37,262 nucleotides of DNA from the NCBI GenBank assembly GCA_016839785.1, contig JAEOTQ010000134.1, positions 1 to 37,262 on the forward strand, given 5' to 3'. The notes below the pieces were generated by a model. That model worked only from the letters and a program-made list of their open reading frames with translations. It ran no database searches and was not told the origin of the DNA. The position numbers and the translations under genes were made by a program. Shown here piece by piece: positions 1 to 8,734 of this stretch (its first letter is position 1; every line of letters starts with the position of its first letter). The stretch is from Candidatus Hodarchaeota archaeon. GTDB taxonomy: Archaea; Asgardarchaeota; Heimdallarchaeia; Hodarchaeales; Hodarchaeaceae.

Positions 1-919
1 CACCTCGTGTTATGTACGTGACAAATAATGCCCCAATGTAACTCATACTGACAATATAGTTATTTAAGTACTCATGTTTACGTAAAAAGGGTCTTCCATG
101 GAAATAAAGAGTAATAAAAAGCCAAGGAACCAATGAAGCAGTCTCTACAGGATCCCATGCCCAAAAACCTCCCCATCCAAGAGTGATATACGCCCAGTAA
201 CCTCCTAAAACTATCCCAGTGCTTAACACAAGCCAGGCAACTGAGACCATGAATTCAAAGAAGGAATCCAATTTCTGTTTACCTTCAAATTCGGGAACTT
301 TTCCATCTTCAAGAAGTGATATACGTGAAATCGCAATAACCATGGGTATCAAACACAACGCATATCCAATGAAAATTATTGGTGGATGAACAACGTTCCA
401 GATATTCATTAAGAACGGATTTAGACCAAGTCCATCCGTCAAAACTAGGTTGTTCAGTTTAAATGGATTACTGAGGATAGCTAGAAACAGTAAAACGGAA
501 ACCTGAATCGATGCCAATGCAAAAGAACGCCAAAACAGGGGTTCATGGGCAAAGTCACGAAATATAAGTCTAAAAATATAATATGATACACCAATGAGAA
601 AAGCCCAGAAGAAGTAACTTCCTGCTTGACCACTCCAGATAGCTGAAAATTTGAAGAATACATCCATATCATTATTGACATACTCGCTTACGTAGAAGAA
701 GCTATAATCATTAATGATGATAGAATAACTGAAATAAAGAAAAGCTATTAGAAGGGCGACTATTCCAGTAGATAGACTCATCTCTGAATAAATTTCCCAC
801 TTTTCAACATATTTTCCTAATAATACTAGAATTGCGTCAAGTATAAAGGCAATCAAGCTAATTAGAAGTATGATTGCCCCTAAATCCATACCAAATGATC
901 CAAAACCAATGTAAATCAT
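1..919 (-). CDS. ccmF: Cytochrome c biogenesis heme lyase CcmF (N-terminal part; runs off the left edge; not in ORF track)
   Basis: Manual translation from ATG 919 (GGAG upstream): MIYIGFGSFGMDLG...AIWSGQAGSYFFW...GLNPFLMNIWNVVHPPIIFIGY...GIVLGGYWAYITLGWGGFWAWDPVETASLVPWL...YFHG. Contains the CcmF WxGQxGS, HPP and WGGxWxWDPVE motifs. Confidence 0.95.
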   Translation of the reverse strand, partial: MIYIGFGSFGMDLGAIILLISLIAFILDAILVLLGKYVEKWEIYSEMSLSTGIVALLIAFLYFSYSIIINDYSFFYVSEYVNNDMDVFFKFSAIWSGQAGSYFFWAFLIGVSYYIFRLIFRDFAHEPLFWRSFALASIQVSVLLFLAILSNPFKLNNLVLTDGLGLNPFLMNIWNVVHPPIIFIGYALCLIPMVIAISRISLLEDGKVPEFEGKQKLDSFFEFMVSVAWLVLSTGIVLGGYWAYITLGWGGFWAWDPVETASLVPWLFITLYFHGRPFLRKHEYLNNYIVSMSYIGALFVTYITRG

Positions 920-937
920 CGTTCAATCTCCAAAGTA

Positions 938-3172
938 TTAAGCTCTTTTCGTTCCTCTTCTTGTTCTCTTGTTTATACTTGCTGTACTTCTATTTCTATA
1001 TCTAACTTCTCTCCTGCCCTTAAGAATCTTACGTGCACTCTTCTTCTTATACTCAACATAAGTGTATAGTCCTGCAGGGATGAAAATACCAACCACAACG
1101 ACTAATCCAATAACTAGTTCAAAAGGTGTTGATTCTTGGTGACCAAGGATATAGAAAAAACTGATGTGACTAGAACCAATATTTAGTTCGTAATCGATTG
1201 ACTCAAAATAATAGGAATATGTACCAGGACGAGGGAGTCCATCAGGAAAAGTAACTCTCCAAATATGTGTATCAATTTGTACAAGGGATAAAGACTTTTT
1301 AGTATCGCCAGATCGATGGTAATAGATACTAACATATTTGACTGCCCCTTGAGAAGGGATATCTTGGGCACTTACGGTAATTGAGAATTCCTTGTGAACG
1401 GGTATTTCCAATGATGGAAAAAAGCCTATCTCGACAACTTGTGGAGGCCATTCATCTATTTGCCACACAAAGAAATAATTACCTCGAATAACTTGATTTC
1501 CTAAACTATCATTCACAATAACATTGAAATTTACCCTTGTTCCGTCAACATGAGCATCTAGTGAGGTATTATACATGTTACCAACACGAGAGCTTGGTAC
1601 CATTTCAATAAGTTGATAAGGATCATCATTTATTGAATAATTAAATAAAACATTGGAAACTCCATCGGAGTCGAATGCTGCGATTATTACCGTAACAGGA
1701 TCATTTGGACGTGGTGCAGAAGGCGACCAGAGAGCGTTTAGAACCCCAGGTTTACTGTAAAGCCATAAATTTGAGAGGGTAAAGACAGCAAGAGATTGCG
1801 TTACAGTAAATTTATCTTTCCAAAAAGATTCAAATCCTGCTGTACCATCCTCATTAGCCAATTGATAGTATCCTCCATGCTTATTGTCATATAATTTATC
1901 ATTGAGGAATTCTATAATGTCCAAAATCAGATTATAAAATAAATTATTGCCTGTTAGTTCATATGCCTCATCGAGCGCTCTTATGGCGTAGAATTGCCTC
2001 TCTGTATATTTTTTGGGGTCAATGAACTCTGGACCGTTATATGAAAAGGTTGCATAAAATCCTCCGTACTTTTGATCCCAGAAATTCAGTAAGACAGTGT
2101 TAAGAAGGAGGAGAAAGTCATCATAATAGGCTTGATTTTCAGTTACGTTATATAAGTGAGAGAGAAACTCAAGCATGAGTGAATTAATAAAAATATCGGC
2201 ACTATATGGATCAACCACACCATAAGTGCTATTTAATCCAGTGTAAAATAGTCCATTTGTGGTATTGCGGCACGTTGTGTTAAAAAAGTCGTAAATTTGC
2301 TTTGCTCTAAGCAGATATGTCACATTTGATTCGTATTCATACAAATCAAGGAGAGCATCTCCAAAAATTGCATTATGATCTGCACGTGGAGCTTCCGGAA
2401 CATAAGGGTCTTGTGGACTTGGATTGACAACAGGAATAAACCCAGAATGTGAAAGTATGTAATAATAATATCCATCGGTACTATTCCAACCGTGAGAATC
2501 TTGAAAATTAAACGTACTGACTGCATAATCCCGATAAGTCTCATTTCCAGTCTCTTCCGCAAGAGAAATGAGAGCTTGAATTGCTTTTCCTTCAATACCA
2601 GGTCTTTTATACCGAACTGCTTGACTGGTAAGAAATCCTTCAAAGATAGTATCGTATAATTCGCTGATCATATTATTTGCAGTTTTTTCAGCGATTTCAA
2701 GAGCATACTCTCGCTCTGTATCATTTATTACCGCTTCAGCAAGTTTCAATAAAGCGAGAATCGCCTGAGCGTTATCATAGGTTTTTTTCTCTTCATTAAG
2801 GCTAGATTCCTGCCACAGTTCATCCTTTGATGTATAAAATCCACCTGAAACGTTATCGTATAAATGGTCAATCATGGCATTACCTACCTCAATGGAGTAA
2901 AAGAGAAAGTTTGGAAAGTATGCTTCGGGTTCATCTTGAGAAATATCACTCACCCTGAAAGATGAAGAGAGAATATTATTTATTGTCTGATCTAATCCTT
3001 CTTGCGAATCTGAAAAAGTGAGAAGTTCAGTAGAATTGCCTTTTGGTGTAAATGTAACAGGAAATGGGCTGGGAACGAACGTTCCGAGAATGAAAAGGAA
3101 CAAGAAGGAATACTTCAACCATTCCTTTCTATGGGATTGTAGTAGTGACATCAGTGACATAGGTTTTTCCAT
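938..3172 (-). CDS. Membrane-anchored (alpha/alpha)6-barrel protein (AGE/YyaL/GH76-like) with C-terminal Ig-like domains
   Basis: N-terminal hydrophobic segment, repeated 'D...GGFY/GGYY' barrel motifs, EKKTYDNAQ resembling YyaL/SPATA20 EKMLYDNAQ, beta-rich C-terminal domains, one TM helix and a very basic tail. Many N-x-S/T sequons. Confidence 0.7.
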   Translation of the reverse strand: MEKPMSLMSLLQSHRKEWLKYSFLFLFILGTFVPSPFPVTFTPKGNSTELLTFSDSQEGLDQTINNILSSSFRVSDISQDEPEAYFPNFLFYSIEVGNAMIDHLYDNVSGGFYTSKDELWQESSLNEEKKTYDNAQAILALLKLAEAVINDTEREYALEIAEKTANNMISELYDTIFEGFLTSQAVRYKRPGIEGKAIQALISLAEETGNETYRDYAVSTFNFQDSHGWNSTDGYYYYILSHSGFIPVVNPSPQDPYVPEAPRADHNAIFGDALLDLYEYESNVTYLLRAKQIYDFFNTTCRNTTNGLFYTGLNSTYGVVDPYSADIFINSLMLEFLSHLYNVTENQAYYDDFLLLLNTVLLNFWDQKYGGFYATFSYNGPEFIDPKKYTERQFYAIRALDEAYELTGNNLFYNLILDIIEFLNDKLYDNKHGGYYQLANEDGTAGFESFWKDKFTVTQSLAVFTLSNLWLYSKPGVLNALWSPSAPRPNDPVTVIIAAFDSDGVSNVLFNYSINDDPYQLIEMVPSSRVGNMYNTSLDAHVDGTRVNFNVIVNDSLGNQVIRGNYFFVWQIDEWPPQVVEIGFFPSLEIPVHKEFSITVSAQDIPSQGAVKYVSIYYHRSGDTKKSLSLVQIDTHIWRVTFPDGLPRPGTYSYYFESIDYELNIGSSHISFFYILGHQESTPFELVIGLVVVVGIFIPAGLYTYVEYKKKSARKILKGRREVRYRNRSTASINKRTRRGTKRA

Positions 3173-3366
3173 CTTTTCGATTTTTTAAATGTATTAAGTG
3201 TAATTAACCGACGTTTGGGCGGATAATACTTGAGTTTAATTATTTATTGAGTAATGATCTGATAGGAGGCGGGAAAGTAATGAACGATTGTTAATGAATC
3301 AAAATCTTGTAACTTGTTTCATTTCACGAATTAGGAAAATACTACTCACATCTCCCGACCGATGAT

Positions 3367-3406
3367 AAAAAAAAAGGTGAAGAAACAGCATATGATTGCT
3401 GTTCTT
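3367..3406 (-). terminator. Hairpin plus T-tract downstream of the multiheme cytochrome gene
   Basis: AACAGCA(3384-3390)-TATGAT-TGCTGTT(3397-3403), with an A-run at 3367-3375 that reads as a T-run on the minus strand. Confidence 0.6.
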
Positions 3407-3438
3407 ATCCCTTTAACATAGTGTATAGCTGCTCTAAC

Positions 3439-4875
3439 TTAACGTCGTTTCTTTCCAACGATTATAGCAAGTATCCCAAATACTGGGAGAACAAGAAGCC
3501 ATCCAAATCCAGGTGCACTCTTGGCTCCGTCAATAGCTTCAACAGCTTTGGCGTATGCCTGATCTAATTTTACTAGTGCCAATTGTAACTTCTCTGTGGC
3601 TAGGGTAGGATTGTGGAATGCAGTATCGTAGGCATCTGCTAAATCATCTGCTTCATCGAGTAAATCGTATGCTGCATCTACAACTGCTTGGTCAATACCT
3701 TTAGTTGTATTAGCTTCCTCGACTTTAGCGGAAACATTCGTAAGTTTCGTGTCATATAGCGCAACTAAATCTTCAACTTCACCGACATATCCTTGCATAG
3801 CTGTCCAAACGGTCGTAGCGTTTACAAATAAACCAAGTGAAACGTTAGAATCCGTGTGGCACAAGCTGCAAGCCTCGGGGAATGGACTAAATTCCCAAGT
3901 GTGGTTAAGACTGGCAAATCCAGCTGGTACAACTGTAGGATTACCGAATCGATCAGTTCCTTCATGTGCGGGAATCCATTGATAGCCGTGACAGTCGGTA
4001 CAGGATAATGTGCTGTGTTGACTATCGTTACCAGCATCAGTCAAGAAGTCAAACTGAGTGTGACAGGTACCGCAAAGTTCATTTGTCGTTGCAGCTCTTA
4101 ATTGATGACCATTGGGTCCCATAGCACTTGATGCCTCTGCTGCGTTAATTGACGCATCATGGGGATCGTGACAGGTTGCACACCAGATGTTGGTAAGGCT
4201 TGTATCCGTAGGATCTACTTCAGATAAATCTTTGTAGGTCGCTTGTCCAGCCATACAATGGAGACAAGAGGATTCTGCCTGTCCACTTGCAAGCAGGTCG
4301 TCAAGTGAATCTGAATGAGCACTTTGCGCCCATGCAGGGTATTGAGCACCGCCTGCACCCATATGACATGGTATACATGACATTGGACTTTCACTTACAA
4401 CCCCAGGTTCAGGATGACACGCAGCACATGTGATGCCGTAATCCCAGAATGTTCCAGATGCTTCTAGATCTTCAGGTTGAGTAGTATTTTCCCATCGAGT
4501 TACCATGCAGCATCCACCTTCGGCAGCAAACTCTTCAAGCGTCCATACAGTGGGGGGCATGAAGGGGTTGTTACCATAACGGACTACATGGGTACTATTC
4601 ACGACTAACTTGTCTCCAACAAATTCAGAGTGCCAAGTATCGTTCCATGAATCAACAGTGTCGCTATGACAAGAGGCACAGTCATCAGGGCCCCAGGGAT
4701 CTTCTATATCACTATGGTCATGAGCTTCAAACTTGAACGAGGGTTCAAGAATTGATACACCTAGACCAGCAGCTACAGCAGTTCCCATGAATGCGATCGT
4801 AAACCAATAGAATAAAACTACCCGTCGACCGTTCCACTTGCTTTGACGAACTAAGATATCTTTTTCATCGTTCAT
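3439..4875 (-). CDS. Cell-surface multiheme cytochrome c (7 CxxCH plus CCM and CxxCM variants), PGF/Heimdall-CTERM-like anchor
   Basis: CASCH, CAACH, CIPCH, CATCH, CGTCH, CTDCH, CSLCH plus GCCM and CLHCM. N-terminal TM/signal, helical C-terminal domain with FHNP, tail SAPGFG-hydrophobic-KKRR. Confidence 0.93.
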   Translation of the reverse strand: MNDEKDILVRQSKWNGRRVVLFYWFTIAFMGTAVAAGLGVSILEPSFKFEAHDHSDIEDPWGPDDCASCHSDTVDSWNDTWHSEFVGDKLVVNSTHVVRYGNNPFMPPTVWTLEEFAAEGGCCMVTRWENTTQPEDLEASGTFWDYGITCAACHPEPGVVSESPMSCIPCHMGAGGAQYPAWAQSAHSDSLDDLLASGQAESSCLHCMAGQATYKDLSEVDPTDTSLTNIWCATCHDPHDASINAAEASSAMGPNGHQLRAATTNELCGTCHTQFDFLTDAGNDSQHSTLSCTDCHGYQWIPAHEGTDRFGNPTVVPAGFASLNHTWEFSPFPEACSLCHTDSNVSLGLFVNATTVWTAMQGYVGEVEDLVALYDTKLTNVSAKVEEANTTKGIDQAVVDAAYDLLDEADDLADAYDTAFHNPTLATEKLQLALVKLDQAYAKAVEAIDGAKSAPGFGWLLVLPVFGILAIIVGKKRR

Positions 4876-4940
4876 TCAAAATACCGCCATTAGAGAAGAA
4901 GAAAAAACATAATCTCCTTCTTTGGATTTTTCATTCATGT

Positions 4941-4960
4941 TTGTTAGTTGAAACTAACAA
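4941..4960. promoter_or_regulatory. Perfect 9-2-9 palindrome, putative operator of the multiheme cytochrome gene
   Basis: TTGTTAGTT-GA-AACTAACAA, about 65 bp upstream of the ATG and just downstream of a BRE/TATA-like element. Confidence 0.6.
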
Positions 4961-4988
4961 TCACAAGTGTAAATTGATAGAAAATCGA

Positions 4989-5004
4989 TTTTATTAATTT
5001 TCGT
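4989..5004 (-). promoter_or_regulatory. Putative archaeal BRE/TATA promoter for the cytochrome gene
   Basis: The minus strand reads CGAAAATTAATAAAA: a purine-rich BRE followed by TTAATAAA. Confidence 0.45.
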
Positions 5005-5065
5005 ATCTTTCACCCAACCTAGTAACCTTTGGACAACCAATCGCTTACTCATTTAAACAAGAGAG

Positions 5066-5099
5066 AAAAAAGAAATTACAGCTGAAAATTGCTGTAATT
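5066..5099 (-). terminator. Hairpin plus T-rich tract downstream of the orphan CTERM fragment
   Basis: AATTACAGC(5074-5082)-TGAAAATT-GCTGTAATT(5091-5099), a perfect 9-bp stem with an A-run to its left. Confidence 0.6.
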
Positions 5100-5112
5100 G
5101 TTTATTTTGTGC

Positions 5113-5208
5113 TTATTGTCTTTTCTTGCGGAAAATTATCCCAGCGATTCCGACTAGACTAAATATCAGAACAACACTCATCAATTCGGATCCAGGTGCG
5201 GATGAACC
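5113..5208 (-). pseudogene. Orphan PGF/Heimdall-CTERM-like tail (gene remnant or micro-ORF)
   Basis: Translates GSSAPGSELMSVVLIFSLVGIAGIIFRKKRQ*. An in-frame TAA at 5209-5211 precedes it. Same architecture as the cytochrome tail. Confidence 0.65.
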
Positions 5209-5237
5209 TTATGTATGTGTAACTAGAATAGTATTGG

Positions 5238-5280
5238 AAAAAAAACAGAGAATAAGTGAAATAGCAATTGCTAATTCACT
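5238..5280 (-). terminator. Hairpin plus T-tract downstream of 5304..5945
   Basis: AGTGAAATAGC-AATT-GCTAATTCACT (5255-5280, one mismatch) with an A-run at 5238-5245. Confidence 0.55.
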
Positions 5281-5303
5281 ATAATTCAGAAATATTTACC
5301 AGT

Positions 5304-5945
5304 TCATTGTTTTCTTCTGGCAAATACAATTACAGAAAAAACAAAAACAGGAATAGCTGTTAGAAGCAAAAACCCGTCTGATCTTCTAGCTACAGCTGTA
5401 GTAGTGGTTGCATCGCCTTCGAGAATTTGAACAGCGTTAGGATCAGATGTAGTTGTAAATAAATATTTTTTGTATGCCCAGTTTTCTAACGCATCGACCG
5501 AGTACATGTTTAAAATGTGTGGTCCGTCAGTACTTGGCATACTTACATTTAACGGAGATTCCAGAGTGGTATTACTTGCACCATCCCAATTAAACAGAAC
5601 TTCTTCAGGGAGGAAATCTTCCATTGGATTATCATCAGTGACAACAAATTCTATCCCGTAACCAGCTAAAAGTATAGATGTATTACCAGGAGAGACCAGA
5701 ATAATTTGCGGTTCAGTTGAGTCCTCATGACCACAACAAACTTGCTCAATGGAATCACTTCCTTTAACTAGATAATTATTCGGAAGAAAATCTCCTTCAT
5801 TTTGAGTAGTTGGTTTAGGAGTGAGCTGAATTGAGGAGGAGGTAACTTGCATAATGAAAGCTCCTCCAATAAGAGATAACAGTGAGACGAAAAGTAGTAT
5901 AAAACTAATACGACCAATTTTTTGAACCAAATTAATTCTCCTCAT
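5304..5945 (-). CDS. Secreted surface protein with Ig-like domain, CCGH motif and CTERM-like anchor
   Basis: Signal/TM segment, 'PQIILVSPGN...DGPHILNMYSVDALENW' Ig-like pattern, Thr-rich linker, SDGF-hydrophobic-RRKQ tail. Confidence 0.75.
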   Translation of the reverse strand: MRRINLVQKIGRISFILLFVSLLSLIGGAFIMQVTSSSIQLTPKPTTQNEGDFLPNNYLVKGSDSIEQVCCGHEDSTEPQIILVSPGNTSILLAGYGIEFVVTDDNPMEDFLPEEVLFNWDGASNTTLESPLNVSMPSTDGPHILNMYSVDALENWAYKKYLFTTTSDPNAVQILEGDATTTTAVARRSDGFLLLTAIPVFVFSVIVFARRKQ

Positions 5946-6001
5946 TTATGACAATGATTTTATTCATTCTTGGTTATTTCTGTATTTCCTTTTAAAAAAT
6001 C

Positions 6002-6021
6002 AACTTACTTTCAAGTAAGTT
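6002..6021. promoter_or_regulatory. Perfect 9-2-9 palindrome, putative operator of 5304..5945
   Basis: AACTTACTT-TC-AAGTAAGTT, about 56 bp upstream of the ATG. Core related to the 4941-4960 palindrome. Confidence 0.6.
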
Positions 6022-6125
6022 AAGAAAAGTTCCGAATTCTTATTTGATTTTTTATTTTGTACACTCTACCTACCTTTTTTAGTATTATGAGTTACTAAAG
6101 CGTCTCTTTGTTCATCTTCTAATGA

Positions 6126-7325
6126 TTACGATTTTGCTTCGTCATCCTTAAATACAAATATAAGTAGTAGAATGATTCCCCCGAGGGACACGAGTTCTAA
6201 TCCTGCAGCTGCAAGGAATGTTATGACAAGATCAGTATATGTTATCAAAAATCCAGCGATTATGGGGCCAGTCATTATTCCCAAATTACCTAGCAGATTG
6301 AAAAATCCCATCCCAACTGCATTCTCATCCTCTCTAATTGTATCCCCAACTAAAGCCATCGCGGGGGGCCCAGTAAATCCATTTCCAATTCCAAGAAAGA
6401 AGAACGCGATAATTACAATGACCAATCCAAAGGGAGTTATAATACCAATAATCGCGAGAATAAAAGTGTTTAGTAGACTACCAAGAATCAAGAGCCTATA
6501 TCTACCTATATTATCCGATAATTTTCCAATAGGATATTGTAACAGAATAAAGGGTGTCGCAAAAATACCCAAGACCATACCCCGTAATTCAGGCTCAACT
6601 CCCAATTCTGTTTGAAGTAATAATGGTAAAATAAATAGAATAAAACCTATATGCAATCGGTCGATGAAGTTAAAGATGCCAGGTATTATCAGTCGTGGTC
6701 TTTTAGTAATAATAGCTAAATTATCCTTGAGTATAGGTTTAGATATGAGATTTTCTGGTTCTTTCAGCAATAGTGCAGCTAGGAAAAAAGCAATAACACT
6801 CAATATAGCAGCCATATAGTACGGTACTAGAACTCCAATCCCAGCAAATAACCCACCAAAAATTGGTCCCAATCCCATTGCAGAGGCAAGAAACATCCCA
6901 AATATTCCCATATTCTTCCCTCGATTTAGTTTTGTGGATTGGTCTAATACCATTGTCATAAGAGTTTGCCAACAAAGGACGGTGAAAACGCCTTGAATAA
7001 ATCTAAATAATATCAATATCGGGAAATCAAGTGTTACAGTCATTAAAAAGTAAAAAATAGATGCACCTGCACTTCCCAAGAGAACGAAGAGTTTTCTTTT
7101 ACCGATTTTATTAGAAAAGATTGCTAGGAGGATACCTGCAGATAAATAAGCCGCATATAAAGCTGTATCAAATAAGGAGGCATCAATAAATCCTAGGGTA
7201 AATCTTTCGAGGATGAATTCATATTGATTTGTATGTAAAAGAGCAGGGGCTAAAATGCTTAATAAGGTTAGGATCCCAATAATCAGTATCTGTATCATTG
7301 TGAGTGAACTCTTTTCCTCATGCAA
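6126..7325 (-). CDS. MFS transporter
   Basis: About 12 hydrophobic segments, motif A-like 'SNKIGKRK' and 'GKLSDNIGR', 'FRFIQG', 'GPIFGG'. Confidence 0.92.
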   Translation of the reverse strand: MHEEKSSLTMIQILIIGILTLLSILAPALLHTNQYEFILERFTLGFIDASLFDTALYAAYLSAGILLAIFSNKIGKRKLFVLLGSAGASIFYFLMTVTLDFPILILFRFIQGVFTVLCWQTLMTMVLDQSTKLNRGKNMGIFGMFLASAMGLGPIFGGLFAGIGVLVPYYMAAILSVIAFFLAALLLKEPENLISKPILKDNLAIITKRPRLIIPGIFNFIDRLHIGFILFILPLLLQTELGVEPELRGMVLGIFATPFILLQYPIGKLSDNIGRYRLLILGSLLNTFILAIIGIITPFGLVIVIIAFFFLGIGNGFTGPPAMALVGDTIREDENAVGMGFFNLLGNLGIMTGPIIAGFLITYTDLVITFLAAAGLELVSLGGIILLLIFVFKDDEAKS

Positions 7326-7450
7326 AGGTAGATATGCGTAATTTATCGATTTTTCAGTTTACTTACAAATATTTTTTAGACATAAATCTCAAGAAAAATT
7401 TAAACGATCATATAAGAAAATAACATGCGCTTCCAGATGGAGAAAAGATT

Positions 7451-8479
7451 ATGACTGTCAATATTAACCGTCAGTGGCTCTTGAAGAGTAGACCTATTGG
7501 CTTAACAAAAGAAACAGATTTTCAAATGGTAGAGACTATTATTCCTGAATTAAGGAAGGGAGAATTTTTAATTCGAAATATCTATTTATCGCTTGATCCG
7601 ACAAATAGAGGTTGGATGAACCCTGTCAAGACATACGTACCACCAGTTAAAATTGGTAGTGTAATGAGAGGTATAGGGGTTGGAATAGTAGAAAAAAGTG
7701 AAAATCCTAAATTTCCTGTAGAAAGTATTGTTACTGGATTGTTAGGTTGGCAAGATTATTTCATTAGTGATGGTTCGGGATGGATGAGCGCAATTCCTTC
7801 TTTACCAAATGTTCCCCTCCCTGCATTTCTTAATCTTTTTGGAATGATCGGATTAACTGCATATTTTGGTTTAATGGATATTGGAAAACCGCAAAGTGGT
7901 GAAACACTTGTTGTATCCGCTGCTGCTGGAGCAGTGGGATCGCTTGTTGGACAAATTGGGAAAATTAAGGGCTGTCGCGTTATTGGGATAGCAGGTACCG
8001 ATGAAAAATGTTCTTGGTTGACACAAGACTTGAGATTTGATGCTGCTATAAACTATAAGACTGAATCAGTTTTTACTCGGATGAAAGAATTATGTCCTGA
8101 AGGGATTGACATTTACTTTGCCAATGTGGGTGGAAAAATTCTTGATGCTGCACTTGGCAATCTAAACCTTAATGCTCGTGTAATCGTTTGTGGACTTATT
8201 TCGCAGTACAATGCTACCGATACAGTACCTGGCCCATCCAATTTTCCAAACATTGTACTAAAACGGGCCACTGTTAAAGGTTTCATTGTCACAGATTATT
8301 TTAAGAGGATGAATGAGGCGTTTAAAGATTTTCAAACCTGGTATGTAAGTGGAAAACTACAATATCGGGAAGAAATTGTGAAAGGGTTAGAAAATACCCC
8401 TAAAACCTTTAATAAATTGTTTGACGGTTCAAATAGAGGAAAACTTATCATAAAAGTATCTGAGGAACCAATTCTATGA
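7451..8479 (+). CDS. NADP-dependent oxidoreductase (MDR superfamily, prostaglandin reductase/CurA-like)
   Basis: YLSLDP, GLTAYFGL, VSAAAGAVGS, CGLISQYN and NRGKLI motifs. Confidence 0.93.
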   Translation: MTVNINRQWLLKSRPIGLTKETDFQMVETIIPELRKGEFLIRNIYLSLDPTNRGWMNPVKTYVPPVKIGSVMRGIGVGIVEKSENPKFPVESIVTGLLGWQDYFISDGSGWMSAIPSLPNVPLPAFLNLFGMIGLTAYFGLMDIGKPQSGETLVVSAAAGAVGSLVGQIGKIKGCRVIGIAGTDEKCSWLTQDLRFDAAINYKTESVFTRMKELCPEGIDIYFANVGGKILDAALGNLNLNARVIVCGLISQYNATDTVPGPSNFPNIVLKRATVKGFIVTDYFKRMNEAFKDFQTWYVSGKLQYREEIVKGLENTPKTFNKLFDGSNRGKLIIKVSEEPIL

Positions 8480-8487
8480 AGTGAGAT

Positions 8488-8697
8488 TCAAAGTAGCCGT
8501 ATCTTTGAATCAAATGATGGGACAACTCCTTCAAATTCCAAAAATCCCTTTTCTTTCATAGTTTTAAGTCTTAACTGGATGCCTTCAAATTTATCAGCTA
8601 AAATTTCATTCAATGTTCGATAATCCAATTCCCCTCCATGTTCTGTCAAAACGCGTTTCATTTCTTCATATTCTGCTTCATAATCTATCGGTTCCAC
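8488..8697 (-). CDS. Small hypothetical protein, probably winged-helix
   Basis: 69 aa with a wHTH-like pattern ('GELDYRTLNEIL...LKTMKEKGFLEF'), co-oriented directly after E1 beta. Confidence 0.6.
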   Translation of the reverse strand: MEPIDYEAEYEEMKRVLTEHGGELDYRTLNEILADKFEGIQLRLKTMKEKGFLEFEGVVPSFDSKIRLL

Positions 8698-8734
8698 TAA
8701 CTAACATTTCAATTAATGGACTGGTTCATACTTT

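Noticed and set aside
3173-3366. GC-richer patches (GGCGGGA...TCCCGACC) considered as ncRNA or MITE ends
   Set aside because: Pairing is short, with no target-site duplication, second copy or tRNA-like fold.
3439-4875. Calling the multiheme protein NrfA or HAO
   Set aside because: There is no CxxCK motif and no specific support for HAO cross-link residues. Only the helical FHNP tail is reminiscent.
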